Below, in pieces: positions 52,777 through 59,340 of a DNA stretch of 59,654 nt. A model generated the notes under the pieces. The model worked only from the letters and a program-made list of their open reading frames with translations. It searched no databases and was not told the origin of the DNA. The DNA lies in the IMG/VR virus record IMGVR_UViG_3300048913_000137, positions 1 through 59,654 of that record. One strand, given 5' to 3'. A program made the position numbers and the translations under genes. The stretch's first letter is position 1, and every line of letters starts with the position of its first letter. The stretch comes from a virus.

Positions 52777-53337
52777 ATGCTCAACAGCTTCTTTCGCCCG
52801 CTCGTCCCGGTAACGCTGCCCGCCTGGCAGGGCCGCCAGCACTACATGCACGAATTCAACCTGGCCGATCCGAGCGTGCCGGTGGGCTTCGATGATTACC
52901 TGGCCCCGGTGACGGCGCTGTGCGAGGCGGCAGGCGCGACGACCGGCACCGCCTATCTGACCGTGGACGAGAAGATCGTCCTCCCCGGCATGAGCCAGCG
53001 TAAGCCCGGCCCGCACGTTGACGGCTGCTTCATGCCGGAGATGAATCGCTGGGGTGGCGGTGGATGGAACCACTTCTGTAACAATGTGCCTTTCGCCCGT
53101 ATGCCGGTCATCGTTGCGTCCGACTTCGCCGCGTGCCGGGCCTGGGAGGGCACCTTCGACGCCGTTCCAGCCGAAGACGGCGATCTCTCCCACCTTGATC
53201 TCGACGAGGGCGCACTGGTTCCGGCCAATGTCGGCTATCTGCTCTCCCCTGACTGCGTTCACGAGTCGTTGCGGATGAGCGAGCCCACGCCGCGCGTCTT
53301 CATGCGGATCGCCCTGCCCACGGGCTTCCGGGTGTGA
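52777..53337 (+). CDS. Possible 2OG/Fe(II)-dioxygenase-fold protein (HxD...H...R)
   Basis: ATG with GGAGGA 7 nt upstream. KPGPHVDG, later DCVHES, then RVFMRIAL. The assignment rests on motif spacing only. Confidence 0.4.
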   Translation: MLNSFFRPLVPVTLPAWQGRQHYMHEFNLADPSVPVGFDDYLAPVTALCEAAGATTGTAYLTVDEKIVLPGMSQRKPGPHVDGCFMPEMNRWGGGGWNHFCNNVPFARMPVIVASDFAACRAWEGTFDAVPAEDGDLSHLDLDEGALVPANVGYLLSPDCVHESLRMSEPTPRVFMRIALPTGFRV

Positions 53338-53543
53338 TGACCGACCGCGAGACGCTAGAGGCGGTTGCCAAGGGCTATCATGACCTGGTAGAGCTTCAGC
53401 GGAAGCAGAAGGTCACGACCGCCCTTATGCTGCGCGCCTGCGTAGCCCAACTCAATTCCCCCGATTCGCGGAAGCGCCGGGAGGCCATTACCAGCCTCAC
53501 CCAGCTTGCCGATTTGCTTGACCCCAAGGAGGACCCGAAATGA
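53337..53543 (+). CDS. Hypothetical protein
   Basis: 68 aa, TGATG-coupled. Confidence 0.45.
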   Translation: MTDRETLEAVAKGYHDLVELQRKQKVTTALMLRACVAQLNSPDSRKRREAITSLTQLADLLDPKEDPK

Positions 53544-53932
53544 ACGACACCCAACTGCCCAAGGCCGTCATGGAGACTGCGCCTTTCATCATCTCGAAGA
53601 TCACCCTGTTGCCGGAGGATGTCGTCGGATGCCCGCTCGGCGACGTGCTCTTCGTCGGCTTCTCGGGCATGACGGCCTTCGCCTGGGTGAAACACCACCC
53701 CGACGAACAGGGCGTGATGAATCTGGCAACGCTGCCGACCGGCGGCCCCTTCACCCTTCAGGTCGCGGAAGGCTTCAAGCAGCCCGTCCATGTCGGCAGC
53801 TTCGGCAAGAAGGGCAAGGTGGCGATCCAGGGCTCCGACCAGGGGCTTCTCACCGCCTGGCACGTCTTCGCGTGGCACCCGATCCAGGGCAGCGCCACCT
53901 TCAACAGCCTGCCGAGCCTGCTGCTCAACTAA
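53540..53932 (+). CDS. Hypothetical protein
   Basis: 130 aa, ATGA-coupled. Confidence 0.5.
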   Translation: MNDTQLPKAVMETAPFIISKITLLPEDVVGCPLGDVLFVGFSGMTAFAWVKHHPDEQGVMNLATLPTGGPFTLQVAEGFKQPVHVGSFGKKGKVAIQGSDQGLLTAWHVFAWHPIQGSATFNSLPSLLLN

Positions 53933-53965
53933 GAACAGGGGCCATGCCTCATAAGGAGAAAGAAG

Positions 53966-54667
53966 ATGACGAAAACGCCGCACGAAGAAGCGCAGGCTCG
54001 TTTGTTTGCGCGCTATGGCATGGGCAACCAGGCCGTCGAAGAGCATTTGCGGACGGACCCCATCACGAAGGCGATGCACGACTGCGCCGTCGAAGTGATC
54101 GCCGGGCTGCTCGGCGAGCCGATCCACGGCACACACGTCTTCGACATGATTGCCGAGATCGAGAAGGGGAACGTCGCGACAACCGAGACGCTTATCCACA
54201 TGGTTGCGGGCACGGTCCTCGCCAAGCTCATCGAAGACGAAGGTGGCGGCCGGTCGAATGTGTCGTTCTCGCCTGCCGACATGGACGCTATGCACCGCGA
54301 TTATGAGCTTCAGACTAACCGTGACGGTTTGATTACCACGGTCAAGCTAATCCCGCGTGGCGACAAGATGCAGACCCATCACATCGTCGATGAGCCTTTT
54401 ATCTCGCCGGAAGCGTTCGAGTCGCTCATGGCACAGGACGAGGACACCACCGATGCGCTGCCCCAGGTCGAACAGTCCCCCGCCAAGCCCTATTTCTTCT
54501 ACCGGGATGGCGGCGGGCGGCAGGGTCCGATGGAGAAGCAGGAGGCACAGGACTTGGTGTTCAAGTCGGTCGATCCCACGGCGCACGTCGAGAATCGGAT
54601 GTGCGGCCGGGCGGAGTGTCCCAATTCGGACATGCAGGGTGCTTGCCCGGCCTGCAATCCGGTCTAG
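53966..54667 (+). CDS. Hypothetical protein with C-terminal Cys4 ribbon
   Basis: AAGGAGAAAG upstream; CGRAECPNSDMQGACPAC. Confidence 0.5.
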   Translation: MTKTPHEEAQARLFARYGMGNQAVEEHLRTDPITKAMHDCAVEVIAGLLGEPIHGTHVFDMIAEIEKGNVATTETLIHMVAGTVLAKLIEDEGGGRSNVSFSPADMDAMHRDYELQTNRDGLITTVKLIPRGDKMQTHHIVDEPFISPEAFESLMAQDEDTTDALPQVEQSPAKPYFFYRDGGGRQGPMEKQEAQDLVFKSVDPTAHVENRMCGRAECPNSDMQGACPACNPV

Positions 54668-54674
54668 GAGCGCG

Positions 54675-54685
54675 GAAGTTACTTC
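54675..54685. repeat. Dispersed palindrome copy GAAGTTACTTC
   Basis: Intergenic, 7 nt upstream of a TTGACA hexamer. Confidence 0.9.
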
Positions 54686-54692
54686 GGCGGTG

Positions 54693-54721
54693 TTGACAAC
54701 CGTGGCGATTGGGATCATAGC
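54693..54721 (+). promoter_or_regulatory. Possible internal promoter TTGACA-N17-CATAGC
   Basis: Perfect -35 hexamer in the 54668-54757 spacer, 7 nt after a palindrome copy; the -10 is weak. Confidence 0.3.
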
Positions 54722-54757
54722 CTGATTCGTCACAAGCGAGGAAAGGTGACAGGACCA

Positions 54758-55045
54758 ATGGCTAAGAAACCGAAACGCGAGTTGGATGTCGATGACGATC
54801 CCCAATTCCAGACCACCCGCGAGGGCGCGAACAGCGTTCTTCGGATGCACCTTGAACGCGCGCTGCGCCTAGAGGAAGAGAAGAAGGGCATCGCAGATGA
54901 CATCAAGGACATCTTCACCGAGTTGAAGGCGTCCGGTTATGACGGCAAGATGTCTCGTCGCATGATGGCTGAAATGAAGATGAAGCCTGAAGACCGCGAA
55001 GAGATGTTGATGCTGGAACAAACCTATCGCGATGAAGTTTTCTGA
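54758..55045 (+). CDS. GapR-like nucleoid-associated protein (DUF2312)
   Basis: LRMHLERALRLEEEKKGIADDIKDIFTELKASGYDGKMSRRMMAEMKMKPEDREEMLMLEQTY matches my memory of DUF2312/GapR. Confidence 0.7.
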   Translation: MAKKPKRELDVDDDPQFQTTREGANSVLRMHLERALRLEEEKKGIADDIKDIFTELKASGYDGKMSRRMMAEMKMKPEDREEMLMLEQTYRDEVF

Positions 55046-55082
55046 CCCATCAATCCGCGAAACCGTGAAAAGGAAATTCGAC

Positions 55083-56324
55083 ATGGCTAAGACCCCGAAG
55101 AAGACTGCGATGGCGATCCCGTCGTCGAAGGTTGACATCAAGCTCACCGCTGGTTCGGTCGAGCCTGCGATGAAGGCCGCCGAAGCGAAGAGCACCAAGC
55201 TCTACCGCGTGCCGGTTGCGTCGATCAAGACGATCCCCGGCTTCAACGTCCGCGTCCAGTCGGCCGACTATATCGCACACCGCGACATGATCGCCGATTC
55301 GATCCGCACCAATGGCTTCGACCAGACCAAGCCGCTCGCCGGTTACGTCGCCAAGGAAGGCGATAAGAACGTCATCTATGTGACGGACGGCCACACCCGA
55401 CTCGATGCGGTCGAGAAGCTGAACGCCGACGACACCGACGCGGTGATCCAGACCCTCCCGGTCCTGGTGCATCCGGCCGATAAATCGCTGACCGACCTGA
55501 CCGTGGCGCTGCACACCAGCAACACCGGCCGCCCGCTGACGCCCTTCGAGCTTGGCGTCGTCGTCAAGCGTCTCATGAAGGATGAAGGCGCGGACAAGGC
55601 GGAGATCGCGAGCCGCCTGGCCGTGACCCCGCGCTATCTCGACGACGTGCTGCTGCTCGTCAACGGCCCGAAGGAAGTGCGGACTGCCGTGCTCGAAGGC
55701 CAGGTGTCTTCGACGCTCGCGATCCAGGAGCTTCGGAAGGACCCGGAAAAGGCGGTCGAGAAGATCACCGCTGCCGTGGCCAAGTCGGGCGGCTCCAAGG
55801 TCACGAAGAAGGCGCTCGGCCCCAAGATGCAGAAGGTGAAGTCCACCGTCAGCATCGCGACCGGCACCGACATGAAGGAGATCGTCAAGGCGGTCGCCGC
55901 CCTGGTCCGCAAGGCGATCCCTGCCTCCACGCCGGAGGACGAGGACGCGATCAAGGAAGCCCTGGTCGATGGCACCATCAACCTGGTGATCGAAGTCCCG
56001 GCTCCCGAGAAGCCCGCCGCCAAGCCGAAGGCGAAGCCTGCTGCCAAGAAGGCCGCTGCGAAGAAGGCTCCGGCGAAGAAGGCGGCCGAGCCCGCTGCCG
56101 ACAAGCCCGAGAAGGCCCCGGCCAAAAAGAAGGGCAGCGCCAAGCCGAAGGCCGAGAAGCCGCCGGTCGAGGAAGACGACGACAACCTGACGGCGGAAGA
56201 TGACGATGATCTCGGCATCGACGGCGCGGAAGTTGCTTCCGATGGCGAGGACGACGAGATCGCGATCATCCCTCCGGCCGTGAAAAACGGCGAGGGTGTC
56301 GATGACGACGCCGACGAAATCTAA
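55083..56324 (+). CDS. ParB/Srx-domain protein fused to a histone H1-like Lys/Ala/Pro tract and an acidic tail
   Basis: VASIKTIPGFNVR...VTDGHTRLDAV (ParB N-terminal domain); AAKPKAKPAAKKAAAKKAPAKKAA...KKKGSAKPKAEKP; ends DDDADEI. Confidence 0.7.
   Translation: MAKTPKKTAMAIPSSKVDIKLTAGSVEPAMKAAEAKSTKLYRVPVASIKTIPGFNVRVQSADYIAHRDMIADSIRTNGFDQTKPLAGYVAKEGDKNVIYVTDGHTRLDAVEKLNADDTDAVIQTLPVLVHPADKSLTDLTVALHTSNTGRPLTPFELGVVVKRLMKDEGADKAEIASRLAVTPRYLDDVLLLVNGPKEVRTAVLEGQVSSTLAIQELRKDPEKAVEKITAAVAKSGGSKVTKKALGPKMQKVKSTVSIATGTDMKEIVKAVAALVRKAIPASTPEDEDAIKEALVDGTINLVIEVPAPEKPAAKPKAKPAAKKAAAKKAPAKKAAEPAADKPEKAPAKKKGSAKPKAEKPPVEEDDDNLTAEDDDDLGIDGAEVASDGEDDEIAIIPPAVKNGEGVDDDADEI
56229..56239. repeat. One-mismatch variant GAAGTTgCTTC
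   Basis: In the ParB-like gene, read as EVAS. Confidence 0.6.
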
Positions 56325-56392
56325 GAGCTAGGCGGGGAGTGCTGTCCCTGCTCTCGCCAGCAGGGAACAGGGGAATACGCTACCCCGTCTAA

Positions 56393-56440
56393 CCCCCGCC
56401 TCTCCTTCGGGTCGCACCGTGGAGGCGGGGGTTTTCTTTT
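56393..56440 (+). terminator. Intrinsic terminator after the ParB-like gene
   Basis: CCCCCGCCTC...GAGGCGGGGG followed by TTTTCTTTT. Preceded by a second hairpin at 56342-56370. Confidence 0.7.
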
Positions 56441-56458
56441 GCAGCAAGGAGAGTGACT

Positions 56459-56611
56459 ATGGACGACCGTGAGATCAAGATGTTCTGGCAACTGGTGTTC
56501 GCTGCGACCATCGCAGCGGGAAGCAATCTTCAGAAGGCGACAAACAATGCGAACAGCGCGGCGCAAGCATACAAAGAGCGGTTCGCCGAAGCGCCGACCG
56601 ACGACGATTGA
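56459..56611 (+). CDS. Small hypothetical protein (50 aa, below the ORF-track cutoff)
   Basis: AAGGAGAG 6 nt upstream of the ATG. My own translation is MDDREIKMFWQLVFAATIAAGSNLQKATNNANSAAQAYKERFAEAPTDDD. Confidence 0.4.
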   Translation: MDDREIKMFWQLVFAATIAAGSNLQKATNNANSAAQAYKERFAEAPTDDD

Positions 56612-56716
56612 ATCCTGCCGGACCTACCGGCAGCAGGAGCAAGTCTTCTGCTCGACATGCGAGCGGCGGTGGGATATAGCAGACGGCCCACCCCCTTGCG
56701 GATTAAGGAGGACAGA

Positions 56717-56872
56717 ATGAAGCGCGAGAACGACACTACCCTGCGACGGGTCGAAGAGATCGCCAAGACCCATGACGTGATCTCGCGGGCCAAGGCCGCG
56801 TCGCCCGTCCAGGGCGGCAAGGATCGCCTGGATCGCCTGGACCCCGGCTTCCAGCGGCTCAACGGTCTGTGA
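56717..56872 (+). CDS. Small hypothetical protein (51 aa)
   Basis: AAGGAGG 6 nt upstream of an internal ATG in ORF 56657..56872. Confidence 0.4.
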   Translation: MKRENDTTLRRVEEIAKTHDVISRAKAASPVQGGKDRLDRLDPGFQRLNGL

Positions 56873-56880
56873 AACGAGAA

Positions 56881-56915
56881 GAGCCCGCCAGCTTCTTGCG
56901 AGGGCTGGCGGGCTC
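56881..56915. terminator. Bidirectional hairpin between convergent operons
   Basis: 12-bp perfect stem GAGCCCGCCAGC / GCTGGCGGGCTC with an 11-nt loop. Confidence 0.55.
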
Positions 56916-56975
56916 CTATCACCCCGGAGGACCGATCCGAGACAGCGCGGAAGCGCGAATCGGGTATTAACCCAA

Positions 56976-57287
56976 TCACGATCCAGGGGCAAGCCCCTCC
57001 AACTGACAGCGATCCAGCGCCGCTTCCACCTGGTCAGCCCATCCGCCTTCCGCCTCGAAGCGCCCAAGCTGTGCGGCCTGGCGAGCAACCCGTTCCTCCG
57101 CCGTGCCCGGCATCGGTTGATTGCGAAGCGGCACCGGCCGCCCCTTCTTCAGCTTCTCATATGCCGGTCTTGCCGGACAAGGCGCGGGCACCGGCACCTT
57201 GACCGTCTCGACGCGCACTTCGGTCGCAGCGGTGGCACCACAACCGGCGAGGGCGAGCGCCCCCAACATCACCAGGATCGTCTTCAT
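56976..57287 (-). CDS. Outer-membrane spanin (o-spanin lipoprotein)
   Basis: MKTILVMLGALALAGC carries a lipobox. ATGA-coupled to the i-spanin stop, with GGGAGGG upstream. Confidence 0.7.
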   Translation of the reverse strand: MKTILVMLGALALAGCGATAATEVRVETVKVPVPAPCPARPAYEKLKKGRPVPLRNQPMPGTAEERVARQAAQLGRFEAEGGWADQVEAALDRCQLEGLAPGS

Positions 57288-57775
57288 TTCCATCCCTCCC
57301 ATGCGGCCTTGCTGTCACCCTGGATCGCGGCGCATTGCTCGGCCACGGTCTTGCCTGGCGTCTTCTTGTCGAGCGCGCCGATCCGCTTCTCGGCCGACGC
57401 ATACCGCTGCTCGAAGACGACCGTGGCATTGGCCAGGGCCTTGTCGGCGTTGTCGGCGCGCTGCTTGGCCTCCACAGCCTGCGAAGAGATCAGCAGGAGG
57501 GCACCCCTGGCGCTCACCAGGCCGCGATTCAGTCCGTTGATGGCTCCGACTACCTGTTCCGGCTTCAGGGGCTTACGGATGCCCTTCGCGTCGGCCTCCA
57601 CGGTGGCGTCGGTGGTCGCGAGCACGACCTGGTTCTGCCAGTCGTTCAACCGGGCGATCTCCTGCCCACGGCCCATCCATGACATCGCCAGGACCACGAC
57701 CGCCACGACGGCGATCCCGATCCCGGCGAGCTTCACAGCCATGCCGTAGGGATTGAGTTTATCAAGCAAGCTCAT
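57284..57775 (-). CDS. Inner-membrane spanin (i-spanin)
   Basis: Start MSLLDK with AGGAGA upstream. One N-terminal TM helix, then a coiled coil. Sits between the endolysin and o-spanin. Confidence 0.65.
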   Translation of the reverse strand: MSLLDKLNPYGMAVKLAGIGIAVVAVVVLAMSWMGRGQEIARLNDWQNQVVLATTDATVEADAKGIRKPLKPEQVVGAINGLNRGLVSARGALLLISSQAVEAKQRADNADKALANATVVFEQRYASAEKRIGALDKKTPGKTVAEQCAAIQGDSKAAWEGWK

Positions 57776-57783
57776 GTGATCTC

Positions 57784-58509
57784 CTATGCTTCGTTGGTTG
57801 AGACGGCCCCGCCAGTTGTCACCTGATAGGGCTTCCAGCTTGCAAGAGGATTCTTGTAGGCCGGACGGCGGGCACCCTTCAGTCGGCTCTTCGCGAGCCG
57901 TGCGATTGTTACCTTGTCGGAAGTGTTGCCTCCGAGCACATGATAGTAGCCGGAGTCCTCGCCGACGTAGAGCCCGACATGCCCGCCGCCGTCGCGCACG
58001 AAGCACAGCACGTCGCCGAGCGAGGGGACTTCAGCCTTGACCCCGAAGTTGAGCCAGTTGAGCGCCCACAGGGGACCGGCGGGCACCGTGTAACCGGCGC
58101 GCTTCGTGACCACGGCCATCGCCAGGCCGCACCATGCGATGCTGTCTGCCGTGTAGGTCTTTTCCAGGCCCGTCTCCTTGGCCCAGGCCATGATCGTCGG
58201 GTTGTTGCCCGAGCCCGGCGTCTCGACGACACCGTAGATGTCGATGAATTCCTGAAGGATGCGCGGCAGCGTGCCGATCTTGCCGAGCCAGGCATACTTG
58301 GAATCGAAGCCCTTCGGCAGCGGGTAGTTGCCAGCGACGGCGGGGGCAACCGGGATCACCGGGGCAGGCACGATGCCTTGCGCCTTCTCAACCAGGTCCA
58401 GGAGCTTCAGCACGCCCGCCAGGGTGCCTTCGCCGGGATCGTTGTCGATCCGTCCGCTGTAATAGCCGAGCGCCACCATGCGGCGCTGTGCGTCAGACCA
58501 CTCGCTCAT
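57784..58509 (-). CDS. Endolysin: peptidoglycan-binding domain + NlpC/P60 (TIGR02594-like) peptidase
   Basis: ALGYYSGRIDNDPGEGT resembles PG_binding_1. IAWCGLAMA...GHVGLYVG...YHVLGGN are Cys/His catalytic blocks. Confidence 0.7.
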   Translation of the reverse strand: MSEWSDAQRRMVALGYYSGRIDNDPGEGTLAGVLKLLDLVEKAQGIVPAPVIPVAPAVAGNYPLPKGFDSKYAWLGKIGTLPRILQEFIDIYGVVETPGSGNNPTIMAWAKETGLEKTYTADSIAWCGLAMAVVTKRAGYTVPAGPLWALNWLNFGVKAEVPSLGDVLCFVRDGGGHVGLYVGEDSGYYHVLGGNTSDKVTIARLAKSRLKGARRPAYKNPLASWKPYQVTTGGAVSTNEA

Positions 58510-59015
58510 TCCAGAATCTCCGTCTCTTTCTTGGGTGGCACCGGGGGCTCCGGCGCTGCCGTTGCGGCAGGCGGCACCTGTGGCGTGGGCGGGATGCCCG
58601 TCGTGGAAGCAACTTCCGTCGTCCCCTTCTTCTCATCGACCACGGTGCGCGTGGCCGTGCCGACGCCGCCTTTCAGCAGCGAGACGGCACCGATCATCTT
58701 GGCAATCTGCTCGGCGGACGGCGCGACCATGTAGTAGGTCACGACCACCAGCAGGGACCAATACATCCAGCCGAACATGCGCTCGATAACCCCGAGCGCG
58801 CGGATGGTGATACTGGCCACGGCCTGCGCGCTCATCCCGTCGATCCGCGCCACGACGCCACCGACGATCTTGTCAGTCGCGTAGGCAAGCCAGGCCATGA
58901 GGCCGAAGATGATGAGGATAGCCAGAAACGTCAAAACCCGCCGCCAAAGCCAGTTGGACTCGGGCAGCGGGTCTTGCATGTCAGCCAGGACTTGCGGTGT
59001 CGGTGTGTCGGTCAT
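58506..59015 (-). CDS. Holin-like membrane protein (two TM helices, Pro/Thr-rich tail)
   Basis: Start MTDTPTP lies 1 nt after the upstream stop. The TM segments are VLTFLAILIIFGLMAWLAY and WMYWSLLVVVTYYMV. Confidence 0.45.
   Translation of the reverse strand: MTDTPTPQVLADMQDPLPESNWLWRRVLTFLAILIIFGLMAWLAYATDKIVGGVVARIDGMSAQAVASITIRALGVIERMFGWMYWSLLVVVTYYMVAPSAEQIAKMIGAVSLLKGGVGTATRTVVDEKKGTTEVASTTGIPPTPQVPPAATAAPEPPVPPKKETEILE
58606..58616. repeat. One-mismatch variant GAAGcAACTTC
   Basis: In the holin-like gene, read as EVAS. Confidence 0.6.
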
Positions 59016-59016
59016 C

Positions 59017-59340
59017 TTATCTGCCCCCAATCGCCCTCTGTATCTCAAGCTCATGACGAAGGGCGGTGATCTCTACTTTCAGTGCTTGCATACATTCACA
59101 GACATCTCGGTTCGACTCGGACCACATTAAGAGCGTTGTCGTCTCGATGATTGAGGCGGAAGCAACGGTGTGGGAGGACCCGGTTTTATCTGTGGACTTC
59201 AGCGTTTCTATCCAGCTTTCCTTGATCTTCTTTACTGCCGACATCGCCCCCGCAACTGCTGCCGCTATGGCGGCCAGGAAGACGACGACGTTAGCGGCAA
59301 AAGTGGTGACATCAGGCACGTTTGCCAATACTTGTGACAT
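59017..59340 (-). CDS. Membrane protein with one TM helix and a coiled coil (holin/antiholin-like)
   Basis: Internal start MSQVLANV of ORF 59017..59397; TM helix FAANVVVFLAAIAAAVAGAMSAV. Confidence 0.4.
   Translation of the reverse strand: MSQVLANVPDVTTFAANVVVFLAAIAAAVAGAMSAVKKIKESWIETLKSTDKTGSSHTVASASIIETTTLLMWSESNRDVCECMQALKVEITALRHELEIQRAIGGR

Noticed and set aside
54693-54721. Strong internal promoter in front of the GapR-like gene
   Set aside because: Kept only as a low-confidence feature. The -35 hexamer is perfect but the -10 (CATAGC) is poor, and the TAG trinucleotide is not at the spacing seen in the other three candidates.
364-58616. 'EVTS' as a conserved peptide motif shared by many proteins
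   Set aside because: The same DNA palindrome is also read as GSNF/GSYF/GSDF/GSHF/RSNF and as KLL in other genes, and it occurs in 10 non-coding positions. The recurring peptide is therefore a by-product of a DNA-level motif.
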